The notes under the pieces are model-generated. The model was not told where the DNA came from, did no database searches, and was given only the letters and a program-made list of their open reading frames with translations. 33,773 nucleotides of DNA from Salinispira sp. (GTDB lineage: Bacteria; Spirochaetota; Spirochaetia; DSM-27196; Salinispiraceae): NCBI GenBank assembly GCA_965226555.1, contig CBDDDG010000026.1:1-33773 (forward strand). Reading direction: 5' to 3'. A program made the position numbers and the translations under genes. This document shows positions 8,589 through 18,214 of the stretch, piece by piece. Numbering within the stretch: the stretch's first letter is position 1; each line of letters starts with the position of its first letter.

Positions 8589-9817
8589 CTAAGCCGCCCA
8601 TTTTCCCTGTTTCTGCAATTCCAAAATCTTCGGTACCCGTTTCAAATTATACGCAATAGCAGACAACAGATGCTGCGTATGCGCTTTTGTTATTCCGACA
8701 TAGCGGGTTCTCCCCCCGCCAAACCATTGGTGCATTCCTCCGAATGTGCGTTCTATTTTGTACCGTCCGCGCTGTATCTCTTTGTTCCTCAGTTTCTGCT
8801 CCGCGGTCAATTGCTTCTTCTTCTCACCCTTCTTCGCTCTGGCTACCTTCCACATAATGCCGTCTTTCAGCTTTCTCTTCTTCAGCGCCGCTCGGTTCTT
8901 CGTGCTTGTATATCCTTTGTCCGCCTGCACTTCTACGTTCTCATCCAATTGCCCCTTATCGAGTAGCGTTTCAAACACCGTACTGTCATGGACATTCGCC
9001 GGGGCTGGTCGGAGGCTGCGCCTCCTGCTCGCCCATGCGTCCGGGGTGGTCTCGACCGCTACCATAAGCCCATTGTCATCGGCAAGACAATGCTTCTTCG
9101 CTCCAAAATGAAATTCCCCATTCTTTTTCGTCCACCTCATATCGGTATCTACTCTGTCCGCAAACTTCTCCGGTTCCCGCTCTAAGGATTTATTATCCGA
9201 TTGAGCGCATTCATCACTGTCTGTGCGATCAACGATCCCGCGGGGTTTTCTCGGACTTCTGGTAATGCTCGCATCAACTTTAACCGCTTTCTTAATCATA
9301 ATCCCCCGCGTTTCAAGCTGTCGGTTTATTTCATTAAGCAGTCGGTCAAAGATTCCCGCTTTCGTCATGGCTGTGCGAAAACGGCTGAGAACACTGTGAT
9401 CCGGCACATCATCTTCCACAATAAGACCGCAGAAATTCGATGCTCCCATGCTGTCATTCACCATATCTTCCACACCATAATCGCTACAAAACTTTTGCTT
9501 TGGAAAATTGTGCTTGCACAATTTCCAATAGCAAAAGTTTCAGATTCGAAATGCTTTCTCTGTGCTTAGCATTCTCCTATGCTATAGAAAGTTTTGCCTG
9601 AGGCAAAACTTCTATTGAGATCATTCCACATTCCCAATAGAAGCATTTTGAACAGCAGCAGGCCAGGGTAGGCAGCCCTGCCGACCGCGCTGCTTCCTCG
9701 GGTATCGTGTTCTGTAATAATTTCCTCAATGGGCTTCCAGTCGATAATCTGGTCAATTTTCCGATAGAAGGTGTTTTTCCGTGTACGTCTTTCCATACTG
9801 TCTGCGACAAATGACAT
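8589..9817 (-). pseudogene. IS5-family DDE transposase interrupted by a 131-bp palindromic composite and carrying a 42-bp in-frame insert
   Basis: IDWKPI..GRAAYP..LFKMLLL..WNDL[insert 9486-9616]SDYGVED..PDHSVLSRFR, VDASI, G.K.H, TTP[14 aa]ANVHD, ADKGY, RYKIERTFG. Confidence 0.9.
9486..9616. repeat. Composite family A element (long palindrome, linker, short palindrome) inserted in the transposase
   Basis: Long palindrome 9486-9541, linker containing TGTGCTTAGCATTCTC, short palindrome GAAAGTTTTGCCTGAGGCAAAACTTC. Confidence 0.9.
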
Positions 9818-9929
9818 AGTGTGCTCCTGAGATTTGATCATGGTAAGGATCATAACATATATATGAGGACTGATTACAGCCAGAAAGCAAAAAATCGAAA
9901 GAAAAATTCAAAAAAGTTCATATGGGATG

Positions 9930-9962
9930 TTGACACTCTGGATAAATGAACGGTACTATAAT
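9930..9962 (+). promoter_or_regulatory. Candidate sigma70 promoter inside the IS end, pointing out toward msrB
   Basis: TTGACA at 9930, TACTAT after an 18-nt spacer (TATAAT after 21 nt). Confidence 0.4.
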
Positions 9963-10045
9963 ATCACCGATGAGACTGTTGCCATGCAATGATCTCGTAT
10001 AGCACATTGGGAAACGAAATATCAAGAAAAAATGTGAAATGGAAT

Positions 10046-10142
10046 AAAAACTTTTGCCTCACGCAAAATTTTTTGTTATATTTATAGAAAGTTTTGCTAC
10101 TGGAAATTGCGCTTGCACAATTTTCCAATGCAAAACTTTGTT
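10046..10142. repeat. Family A short plus long palindrome upstream of msrB
   Basis: AAAACTTTTGCCTCACGCAAAATTTTT followed by GAAAGTTTTGCTACTGGAAATTGCGCTTGCACAATTTTCCAATGCAAAACTTT. Confidence 0.85.
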
Positions 10143-10185
10143 ATAGACATCAGATTTTCTGAATGACAAACAAAAGGATATCATC

Positions 10186-10770
10186 ATGATAAAACCATTA
10201 GCCCTCATCCTGCTTCTCATGGGAAGCATATTCACAATTTCTGCAACCGGCTCGCGTGAGACCTTTGACCCCCACGCAGGAACTAACAGCAGTGTGGAAG
10301 AAATAAGCGGAATTCCGCTCTCAAACCTTCCGGCAGATTTCGCGTACCCCATCCAGTACAGTCCGGAAGAATGGCGCCGACTTCTCGGCGACGATTTCCA
10401 GTACCATGTATTGCGGGAAAAGGGCACTGAGCGTCCATGGTTCAATACATACAACGATAACAAACAAAAAGGTATGTATTATTCAGCAGCTACCGGACAG
10501 CCCCTCTTCAGTTCCGAAACAAAATATGACTCCCGAACCGGATGGCCGAGCTTCTGGGAACCCATAGACCCCGAGGCAGTACATCTGCTTCCGGACTATT
10601 CCCACGGAATGCTGAGAGTTGAGGTTGTGGATAGCCTGAGCGGTTCTCATCTTGGGCATGTCTTTCCCGACGGACCCGATCCGACCGGACTCCGCTACTG
10701 TTTGAATTCGGCATCGCTCATATTTGTTCCCGAAGGCGAAGCCCCCCCTGTTATCAATGTGGATATTTGA
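10186..10770 (+). CDS. msrB: Peptide-methionine (R)-S-oxide reductase with N-terminal signal peptide
   Basis: [31 protein letters not shown]...[24 protein letters not shown]; CxxC zinc ligands absent. Confidence 0.95.
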   Translation: MIKPLALILLLMGSIFTISATGSRETFDPHAGTNSSVEEISGIPLSNLPADFAYPIQYSPEEWRRLLGDDFQYHVLREKGTERPWFNTYNDNKQKGMYYSAATGQPLFSSETKYDSRTGWPSFWEPIDPEAVHLLPDYSHGMLRVEVVDSLSGSHLGHVFPDGPDPTGLRYCLNSASLIFVPEGEAPPVINVDI

Positions 10771-11530
10771 AAAATACTCGGGCATCGGTTTTTTGTATGT
10801 CATCTTCAGTAACAGGACGGGTCAGCGCCAAGCAGGCAAGCAGATGAGGACATCCGGGAATGGAGAAATTTGTTCCGCGTATTTCGGTTCCGTCTGCGGT
10901 ATGCAGCCATACATCATTCAGGCAGCGCAGCTCCATGGTACAGCTCAGCATATCTTCTCCGAGAAGTTTTATTACCGCTTCCTTTCGTGTCCAGAGGGTC
11001 ATAAAGCGTCGGCGCCGATCCTGCGCGCTCCCCGCCGCATACACATAGTTCCGCTCATCATCCTGAAAAAAATACCGGAGAATGGCATTCATTGCTTCGG
11101 GCTGCAGTTCACGATGAACACTCTCAATATCGACGCCAATCTCACTGCCAATCTCATTGGCAATCTCATTGGCAATCTCATTGGCAATTTCATCGCCCTC
11201 TGCTATGGCCAGTATAACGGCATCGGAGGTAAAACTAAGATTAAAACCGGTGTATATGCTCCCGTCCGCTCGAATAAGCTTCGGCTTCCCTCTCCGGCCC
11301 TGCGCAAGGGTATCGTTAGTACCCAGCGGAGCCATATCATTCTCCCTGAAATGGACATCCAATATCCGGCGGAGAAAAATGCGGCGCCGGAAGAAATTGT
11401 CATGATCTTTTTTCCGCAGAAATTGATGGTGATGTTTCGCTTCGCTCCGGGCAGCGAACTCATGCCGGGCAGCGAACTCATTAATGAACGATTGGGGAAT
11501 ACAGTCTGTCAGTGAGGGGAGAAAATACAT
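10754..11530 (-). CDS. 4'-phosphopantetheinyl transferase (Sfp/HetI type); start uncertain (11530 or 11587)
   Basis: GKPKL, FNLSFT, IGVDIE and [12 protein letters not shown] motifs. Confidence 0.85.
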   Translation of the reverse strand: MYFLPSLTDCIPQSFINEFAARHEFAARSEAKHHHQFLRKKDHDNFFRRRIFLRRILDVHFRENDMAPLGTNDTLAQGRRGKPKLIRADGSIYTGFNLSFTSDAVILAIAEGDEIANEIANEIANEIGSEIGVDIESVHRELQPEAMNAILRYFFQDDERNYVYAAGSAQDRRRRFMTLWTRKEAVIKLLGEDMLSCTMELRCLNDVWLHTADGTEIRGTNFSIPGCPHLLACLALTRPVTEDDIQKTDARVFFKYPH

Positions 11531-11665
11531 GTTCACTACATGTGTATTGCCTTGGGCATGCCCTCGGGCATTTTTTCTTTGAAACATTCCTGCATGTATA
11601 GTACTCTATTTAGGTTCCTACAACAATATTTGGGACATGGAGAAACTTTTGAATTGGAGTATTTT

Positions 11666-12916
11666 GTGACTACACATAATAGACGAATAGTTATTACCGG
11701 ACTGGGAACAATTAATCCCCTTGGGTCTACAGTCGAAGAGTTTTGGAATAATTTATGTACAGGGAAAAGCGGAACTCGAAAAATTACCAATGTTAACATT
11801 GGCGACTACCATGTGCAGATTGCCGCTCAAACCGATATTCCCGATAATATCCGCGACTACTTCAAACAGAGAAAGATGGTAAGGCGTCTCGACCGCTACA
11901 TACTCTTCGGACAGTGCGCAGGCGCTCAGGCAGTACGCGATGCGGGACTCAGCGAATATCGCTTCCCGGAGCGTATAGGAGTACTTATCGGAACCGGAGA
12001 TGGCGGAGTCGGAACTCATTATCAGCAGATCAACAGAATAGCCAGCCACGGTATGTCGTCCGCAAGCCCCTTTTATGTGTCTTCTTCTGTTCCCGATACC
12101 TTAAGCGGTGTTGTGAGTATGGAAACAGGATTTACCGGCCCGAATTTTGCAATTAGTTCTGCCTGCGCCTCATCGAACCATGCCTTCGGTGTGGCATGTA
12201 ATATGATTGCCTGCGATATGGCCGATGTAATACTCACCGGCGGCAGTGAAGCGCCCATTGTTGAAAATTCCTTGGCTGCCTTTGGCCAAATAGGCGCCCT
12301 CTCAACGCGAAACGATGATCCTGAAACAGCCTCCCGCCCCTTTGACCGCGACCGTGATGGTTTCGTTATAGGAGAGGGCGCCAGTGTACTATGCCTTGAA
12401 GAACTTGAACACGCAAAAAAGCGGAAGGCGCATATTTATGCGGAAATAGCGGGCTTCGGCTTCACCTCCGATGCCTACGATCTTGTTGCCCCTCATCCTG
12501 AAGGAATCGGCGCCGCTCGGGCAATGCAGGAAGCCTTAAAAATGGCACAGTTGAATACCGGCGATATTGACCTCATTAACTGCCATGGAACATCCACACA
12601 GCTGGGCGATTTGGCAGAATTTGCTGCAGTAGAACGAACCTTCGGCGACCTCACCCCGCACATTCCTGTTCACAGCACAAAAAGCATGATCGGGCACTTA
12701 CTTGGAGCAGCCAGCGCCACTGAAGCAATCGCAGGCATCATGGCCTTTGAACGAAACATCATCCATCCAACCACCAATCAATTTAATCAGGATCCTGCAA
12801 TAGGCTACAATGTTGTCAAGGAAACAACCGAACGGCCGATTAACACCTTTGTTTCGAATTCCTTCGGCTTCGGCGGCCACAACGCCTGTGTGATCTTCAA
12901 AAGGTTCTCGGAATAA
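11666..12916 (+). CDS. fabF: Beta-ketoacyl-ACP synthase II
   Basis: GTG start after GGAG; RRIVITGLG, SACASS (Cys), HGTST, KSMIGH, SNSFGFGGHNA. Confidence 0.92.
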   Translation: MTTHNRRIVITGLGTINPLGSTVEEFWNNLCTGKSGTRKITNVNIGDYHVQIAAQTDIPDNIRDYFKQRKMVRRLDRYILFGQCAGAQAVRDAGLSEYRFPERIGVLIGTGDGGVGTHYQQINRIASHGMSSASPFYVSSSVPDTLSGVVSMETGFTGPNFAISSACASSNHAFGVACNMIACDMADVILTGGSEAPIVENSLAAFGQIGALSTRNDDPETASRPFDRDRDGFVIGEGASVLCLEELEHAKKRKAHIYAEIAGFGFTSDAYDLVAPHPEGIGAARAMQEALKMAQLNTGDIDLINCHGTSTQLGDLAEFAAVERTFGDLTPHIPVHSTKSMIGHLLGAASATEAIAGIMAFERNIIHPTTNQFNQDPAIGYNVVKETTERPINTFVSNSFGFGGHNACVIFKRFSE

Positions 12917-12968
12917 AAATTTTGCTCCTGGAAATTGCGCACGCGCAATTTTCCAATGCAAAAACTTC
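12915..12968. repeat. Family A palindrome filling the gap between convergent fabF and the fabZ-like gene (possible bidirectional terminator)
   Basis: AAAATTTTGC-TCCT-GGAAATTGCGC-AC-GCGCAATTTTCC-AATGCAAAAAC. Confidence 0.85.
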
Positions 12969-12969
12969 G

Positions 12970-13503
12970 TTAAAAAATAAGTGCTTCGCCGCTGGTTACA
13001 ACAGCAACCTTTCCGTTGACCAGAGCCTGCCCGATCAATGAAATGGAATATTCATCCATGAAGAGCTTTTGAGCGAGTATGTTCACGGTTACTCCCGGGT
13101 ATATGGGTTCAAGGTAGTATGCCTGAGCCTTGATCAGCCGGTTCGCTATTGGTTTTGCATCGGGCGCAATGTCGGTTCGCTGCTTCGCTTCAAAATAGTT
13201 CATGCAAAGGGCAAGCTGACCGATCATTTCCATAACAAAATTACCCGGATACAGCGGCAGATCGGGAAAGTGCCCCGCAAAAACGGGATCGGAGGGGTCC
13301 ATAAAGCGCTCACCGCTTATCAGCCCCTGTTCGAGATTGAGTCCGGTGAGCCTGTCCACAAAAAGAAGCGGAGAACGATGAGGAATGATTTTTTTGATAA
13401 ATTCCTGAGAATAATTGAGCTTAACAGGGAGGTCTGCCGGATCGAAAAGCGGTTTTTTTCTCTTTGATCGGAGGAGGCGATCTATTGAAGCCGGATCAGA
13501 CAT
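12970..13503 (-). CDS. FabZ/FabA-like 3-hydroxyacyl-ACP dehydratase (hotdog fold)
   Basis: IPHRSPLLFVD and FAGHFPDLPLYPG...EMIGQ motifs. Confidence 0.88.
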   Translation of the reverse strand: MSDPASIDRLLRSKRKKPLFDPADLPVKLNYSQEFIKKIIPHRSPLLFVDRLTGLNLEQGLISGERFMDPSDPVFAGHFPDLPLYPGNFVMEMIGQLALCMNYFEAKQRTDIAPDAKPIANRLIKAQAYYLEPIYPGVTVNILAQKLFMDEYSISLIGQALVNGKVAVVTSGEALIF

Positions 13504-14765
13504 TAGGTCTTCAGTCCCTTCACAATAACATCTTCAATGATACTGAGAGCCTCATCCATCATTTCCTTCGTAAACTGCGATGAAACAGATATACGGAAGC
13601 GCCGCAGATGAGCCGGCACCGCCGGATAATCAATGGGCTGGAGAAACAATCCGCGGAGCTGCATTTCTGCCGCAAACTGAAAGAGCTGGAGTCCGCTTGA
13701 ACCAATGATAATGGGTATTACTTGGCTTTCACAGCCGCCGATATTCAGGCCAAGATCCTCTAGGTTCCGCTTCATGTAATCGGTATTTTGCCACAGTTTA
13801 TCGCGAAGGGTAGAATCTCTTGTGGCAACCTCAATGGCCTTTATAAGTCCGGCTACGACAGGGGGGCTGGGCGCGCAGGAAAAATTCCATGCCGATGCAT
13901 AGCCCTTGAGATAACGGATAATCCGTTCGTTGGATGCAACAAACCCGCCAACACCGCCGAAGCTCTTACTGAGCGTTCCATAGGACATGCCGATTTTGTC
14001 TTCTAAGCCGAAGTGCTCACCAATTCCGCCGCCGTTCTTGCCGAACATGAGGGTTGAATGGGCCTCATCCATATAAATGGGCGCATTGTAGGCCTCCGAC
14101 AGAGGAACCATTTCAGGGAGTTTTGCAAGGGTTCCATCCATTGAGTACACACCCTCAAGGGCAATAATTTTGCGTTTGTGCTTATACTTTTCCAGCTTTT
14201 CTTCAAGACTCTTTGCATTGTTATGATCAAAAAAGTCTATTCGCGCGCCGGAGAGTGTCCCGCCGTCAATAATGCTCTTGTGGGCCTTTTCATCGAGAAT
14301 TATGACATCGCCCTTACGCAGAATTCCCTGAATGGCGCCGACATTACCCCCGTAACCGGAACTGAAAATGAGCGCGGCATCCTTTGTTTTGAGCTTTGCT
14401 ATTTTTTGCCCGAGTTTCTCATGAATGTCCAGAGTTCCTGAAACAATTGGCGCTCCCGATGAACTCAGTCCATATCGCTCCAACCCTTCTCTGGCAGCCT
14501 GAAGAACCTCAGGATGAGTGGACAGTCCGAGATAATTATAACTGGTCATGTTGATAATCTTGCGGCGCTTACCGTCAAGATTACTCAAAATTTCAGTTTG
14601 AGCGCTCGGAGCCTTGAGAAGTTGCTGGCTGGTGAAACTGAATGCCTGTTTGACAACAGGATCATTAATCCATTCTTCGAAATCTTCCGGAGGAGAAAGC
14701 GGATCAGGATTATCAGTAAAATGAAAATCGGCCAGATTAAAATCGGTAGCTTTATTTTTACCCAT
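13503..14765 (-). CDS. PLP-dependent alpha-oxoamine synthase (serine palmitoyltransferase/BioF/KBL family)
   Basis: SYNYLGL, FSSGY..N, HKSIIDG, EGVYSMDG, DEAHS, GTLSKSFG (PLP lysine), PAVP...RFRIS. Confidence 0.9.
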   Translation of the reverse strand: MGKNKATDFNLADFHFTDNPDPLSPPEDFEEWINDPVVKQAFSFTSQQLLKAPSAQTEILSNLDGKRRKIINMTSYNYLGLSTHPEVLQAAREGLERYGLSSSGAPIVSGTLDIHEKLGQKIAKLKTKDAALIFSSGYGGNVGAIQGILRKGDVIILDEKAHKSIIDGGTLSGARIDFFDHNNAKSLEEKLEKYKHKRKIIALEGVYSMDGTLAKLPEMVPLSEAYNAPIYMDEAHSTLMFGKNGGGIGEHFGLEDKIGMSYGTLSKSFGGVGGFVASNERIIRYLKGYASAWNFSCAPSPPVVAGLIKAIEVATRDSTLRDKLWQNTDYMKRNLEDLGLNIGGCESQVIPIIIGSSGLQLFQFAAEMQLRGLFLQPIDYPAVPAHLRRFRISVSSQFTKEMMDEALSIIEDVIVKGLKT

Positions 14766-14776
14766 GTGAAGCCTTT

Positions 14777-15019
14777 CTACTCAACATACTCCATGAATTT
14801 ATCGGCAAGACCATCAATGTTACCGATGTCTGCAAGTTCGGAACGGGGAATTTTAATATTCAGATCCCGCATGGAACAGCTGACTACTTCAATAATATCG
14901 AGGCTGTTTGCGCCATAATCCTTCATGGATTTGGAAATATCAATTTCATCCGTTTCAATATCATCAAGATTCTCGATAATATTCTTTTTGATCACTTCTA
15001 CTACTTTATCCTTAGACAT
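14777..15019 (-). CDS. Acyl carrier protein (AcpK/donor-ACP-like GANS motif)
   Basis: 80 aa, acidic, DYGANSLD phosphopantetheine site, GGAG RBS. Confidence 0.9.
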   Translation of the reverse strand: MSKDKVVEVIKKNIIENLDDIETDEIDISKSMKDYGANSLDIIEVVSCSMRDLNIKIPRSELADIGNIDGLADKFMEYVE

Positions 15020-15034
15020 ATATTCTCCTATATT

Positions 15035-15877
15035 TTATAAGGTTTCAGATTCGGAATGCTGAGCATTCTTTTGTTTTTCTTTCCAGGAAAGAAATCGTAT
15101 CATTGTATTATCCATAAACGGCAGCCCATAGTCAATATTAATAATCTGCCCATTCATGGCATCCAGCAATCCGCTGCATAAAGAAAGAACTGCCTTCCCG
15201 CATTCCTCCGGTGTAAGAACACTATCGGCGCCGACTAAGCCCTCATTCTCAAGAAAATCGAAAAATTCTTCACCAAATATGGCATTGAAACTTTCGGTTT
15301 TCACATTACCGAAACGAATAACATTAACTTTGCTGCCTTCCGTAAAAAGGTGGGCTGCCATATATTTACCGAAAAATTCGAGAAGCGACTTTGATGCGGC
15401 TACATAATCGTATCCCGGATAGAAATGATCCGGACCGTCGCTGGAAATGCCGAGAACTCGTTTCGGATATGCGCCGAAGAGTTTTTTAATTTTTCTGGTG
15501 TATTCGATCATCGGCCAGGTAGAATAATCGAAGGTTTTGTACAATGAGCGCTTTTTATAGTTATCCAGACTGCGCATGGTTGCGGCATAGCCGACATTTG
15601 AAATAAAGATATCGACTGAAGATGCAATTTTTTTTACTTCAGTAAGAAGCCTGTCTGTGTCTTCATCTACCGAAACATCGGCTTCAAGCAGAATAGGTTC
15701 GGGAGCGCCTCGGTCAGTAAAGCCCTTCTTCACTTCATTCATATCTGCGCTGCCCCACTTGTAGGTGAGAACTGTCTGTACCCCAGCCTGCGCAAGCTGC
15801 ATGGCAGAAGCAAGCCCGATACCCTTTGTTCCGCCGGTTATAAGGGCGGTCTGTCCCGATAAATCTATTGAAATCAT
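15035..15877 (-). CDS. SDR oxidoreductase, probable enoyl-ACP reductase (FabL-like)
   Basis: TGGTKGIG, SS.G, YPGYDYVAASK (Y-x6-K spacing seen in enoyl reductases), NGQIINIDYG. Confidence 0.75.
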   Translation of the reverse strand: MISIDLSGQTALITGGTKGIGLASAMQLAQAGVQTVLTYKWGSADMNEVKKGFTDRGAPEPILLEADVSVDEDTDRLLTEVKKIASSVDIFISNVGYAATMRSLDNYKKRSLYKTFDYSTWPMIEYTRKIKKLFGAYPKRVLGISSDGPDHFYPGYDYVAASKSLLEFFGKYMAAHLFTEGSKVNVIRFGNVKTESFNAIFGEEFFDFLENEGLVGADSVLTPEECGKAVLSLCSGLLDAMNGQIINIDYGLPFMDNTMIRFLSWKEKQKNAQHSESETL

Positions 15878-15887
15878 ACTATGAATA

Positions 15888-15926
15888 TCAGCATACTATA
15901 TCAGCATGAATACCGTCAATATGGTA
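15888..15926 (-). promoter_or_regulatory. Candidate promoter of the SDR-ACP-AOS-fabZ block
   Basis: TACCATA-TTGACG-N18-TATGCTGA; same architecture at 29302-29339. Confidence 0.45.
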
Positions 15927-15952
15927 TGCTGCGATTTTCCTCTCTTTCAATA

Positions 15953-15980
15953 CAAAGTTTTGCATTTTGCAAAACTTTGT
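15953..15980. repeat. Short family A palindrome
   Basis: CAAAGTTTTGC-ATTTT-GCAAAACTTTG. Confidence 0.8.
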
Positions 15981-16015
15981 ATTATCCTTGTCCGTTTTTC
16001 TGAAATGCTCGAATT

Positions 16016-16084
16016 TCATCTCCGCTGAGCTTGCCCTTGCTCAAGCCCTGCCCGCCATGGCTTATCTATAAGATCTACCAACAT
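16016..16084 (-). other. Small RpnS-like ORF (MLVDLIDKPWRAGLEQGQAQRR)
   Basis: GAGGAGG RBS; paralog of 2640-2720 at the same position downstream of an rpn gene. Confidence 0.5.
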
Positions 16085-16420
16085 ATGTTTTGCCTCCTCA
16101 GGATTTTCCTGCCGGCTGCATGGCAAGCCGGATGCCCGGACGCGCAGGCCGAGCAACACCAATTAATGCGATCCGTTCCGCAATGTCCGCATTTCCTCAT
16201 CGCTCAGCCCGGTAACATCCTGAATGTCATGGGCTGAAAATCCTTTGGAAAACATACTGCGGGCGTTTTTTCTCCGCTCCTCAATATGCCCCTCAGCGCG
16301 ACCCTTTGTGATTCCCTGCTCAAGACCTTCAACACGGCCTTTCAGAATGCCTTTCTCCATGCCTTGGTTGACAAACCAATCACTCATCTGAACTTTTTTC
16401 ATCATAACTTCTTCTCCTCC

Positions 16421-16548
16421 AGAAACTTTTGCATTGGAAAATTGTGCAGAGCACAATTTTCCAGTAGCAAAAGTTTCACATTTGGATGACTCTATGTGCT
16501 TAGCATTCTCGCATTTTGTAGAAAATTTTGCCTCAGGCAAAATTTTGT
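16421..16548. repeat. Composite family A element (128 bp) in rpn copy 2
   Basis: Long palindrome, TGTGCTTAGCATTCTC linker, short palindrome. Confidence 0.9.
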
Positions 16549-17061
16549 TTCGGGATTTATTTCCCTGTTGATTTTTTCAAAGCGTGTATCCAGTTTCAAG
16601 CCCTTCATATAGAGCAGAAGGTTCGGGATCATCTCGCGGGAATTCTCTGCGGGAAGCTCTTTCAGACACTTCGCAACCTTCCTCAAATCTTCATCACCTG
16701 TCTTACTGACTTTCCGCATAATATAGCACAGGCCTCCCCCTGTCAACACAACTCCGTCTGATCCCCGGGTAAACTCCTTCTCACTCATCCTATTCAAATC
16801 GACCATAACAGGCCTATTGAGAACCTTTGGCCTTGCAAGATATTTTTCCATCATTGCATACAATTTTTCCGGTATGTGTGTATGCACATCCCCTGAACTG
16901 TGGAAACTGAGATCTCCTTCCCATAGTGCTTCGCCATGATACCACAGCACCAGAACAAGAAGATCGGTCTGCGCCTGAAATGTTTTGCTGTTTATGAGGG
17001 CTCTCTGGTATTTATCGAACTGTTCGCTGACCTTCGGATCACACGCGCTTTTGTGCTCAAT

Positions 17062-17189
17062 ACGAAAGTTTTGCTACCGGAAATTGTGCTTGCACAATTT
17101 TCCAAGGCAAAACTTTCTATACCTTGAGAGAATCAAACATATAGATGAGAGAATCCTCATTGGAAAATTTTGCTTTGCAAAATTTTCAG
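17062..17189. repeat. Composite family A element (about 128 bp) in rpn copy 2
   Basis: Long palindrome, divergent linker, short GGAAAATTTTGC-TTT-GCAAAATTTTC. Confidence 0.85.
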
Positions 17190-17387
17190 AAGGAGAACAA
17201 TTCGTAAACCGTCGAATTCCCCTTTGAGGGGAATAATGAGAATGAGATCGCAGAGTACCTCACGCCCTTTGTCAACGTAGATGGTGTTTTCGATGCGAAT
17301 AGTATCTAAATCCATAATGTTAACGATGTTTTCTGGAAAAATTGTCCGTGGAATATCGGCTGCCGCCTCGGGGGTGCCATAGATACT

Positions 17388-17545
17388 TACAGAAACTTTT
17401 GCATTGGAAAATTGCGCTTGCGCAATTTCCAGTAGCAAAAGTTTCACATTTGGATGACTCTATGTGCTGAGCATTCTCGCATTTTGTAGAAAGTTTTGCA
17501 TTGGAAAATTGTGCAGAGCACAATTTTCCAATAGCAAAACTTTGT
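17388..17545. repeat. Composite family A element (158 bp) in rpn copy 2
   Basis: Two long palindromes flanking a linker nearly identical to that at 16477-16520. Confidence 0.9.
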
Positions 17546-17954
17546 CTTAAAAGCAATATCATGGATATTGTATCCGGCATTACTCATATATTCCTCCTGT
17601 TATATCTATAACGGGTAAAAAGTCATTTTTAATTGTGTTTTTTGAAAGAATTTTGCAAAATTTGTGAATTTTTTTTCGGGGGAAGGATCGGGAATGCGGG
17701 TTAGTGGACGGGAAGGCTGCGCGCGTATGGTTGAATTGGCCCCTGTATTATAGGGTGTATTGACGCATGCTCCCGGGAACAATGCTCCGGGCGAGGTTTT
17801 TGTTGAAGTATGAGTATATAAAGTCCCTGAATATCCGGGGATTTTCAAAAACATATTTCCAGCGTGTACCATTCCTATATATTTTCCGCTCATACTATAT
17901 AGACGGGTAAAATATGAACGGTGAATATGAGAAAGTTTTTCAAAAAGTTTTATT

Positions 17955-18060
17955 ACAGAGTTTTGCTACTGAAAATTTTGCTCTGCAAAATTTTCCAAGG
18001 CAAAACTTTCTACAAAATGAGAGTATGCTAAGCACAAAGACAGCATTCCACATGAGATAT
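17955..18060. repeat. Family A palindrome plus linker (reverse orientation); near-duplicate at 19474-19580
   Basis: CAGAGTTTTGCTACTG...CCAAGGCAAAACTTTCTACAAAATGAGAGTATGCTAAGCACAAAGACAGCATTCCACATGAG at both loci. Confidence 0.85.
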
Positions 18061-18214
18061 TGATCAGCCCGGACGCATGGGCGAACCGGTTGCTTGGGCG
18101 AGCAGCGCCGACCAGCCCCCGTCTCAGCAACAGTCGCATGGGCGAGCAGCGCGGAGCGCGACCAGCCCCTATCCCCAGCAACAGTCGCATGGCGCGCAGG
18201 CCGAGCGGCGCCAA

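Larger units (their letters stand above)
8371..9996 (-). mobile_element. IS5-family insertion sequence
   Basis: TIR GAGACCATTGCAT / ATGCAATGATCTC (12 of 13 match); flanking direct repeat GTATA at 8366-8370 and 9997-10001; contains the transposase. Confidence 0.8.
16163..17587 (-). pseudogene. Rpn/YhgA family gene copy 2, split by three family A composites; internal small ORF 16405..16163 intact
   Basis: AGGAGG RBS, MSNAGYNIHDIAFK[17388-17545]SIYGTPEAAADI...LCDLIL...IVLL[17062-17189]IEHKS...WYHG...INPE[16421-16548]GGEEVM...; removing the inserts restores one frame. Confidence 0.88.

Noticed and set aside
11640..11656. AGAAACTTTTGAATT upstream of fabF as another family A copy
   Set aside because: It is only a partial arm with no partner arm or inner hairpin.
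13503..14765. Calling the AOS gene bioF or definitively spt
   Set aside because: No biotin genes are nearby and the motifs do not match canonical Spt exactly, so only the family is supported.
16421..18012. Clustered palindromic repeats as a CRISPR array
   Set aside because: Repeats are about 55 bp, irregularly spaced, in both orientations and dispersed. Linkers are conserved rather than unique, and no cas genes are present.
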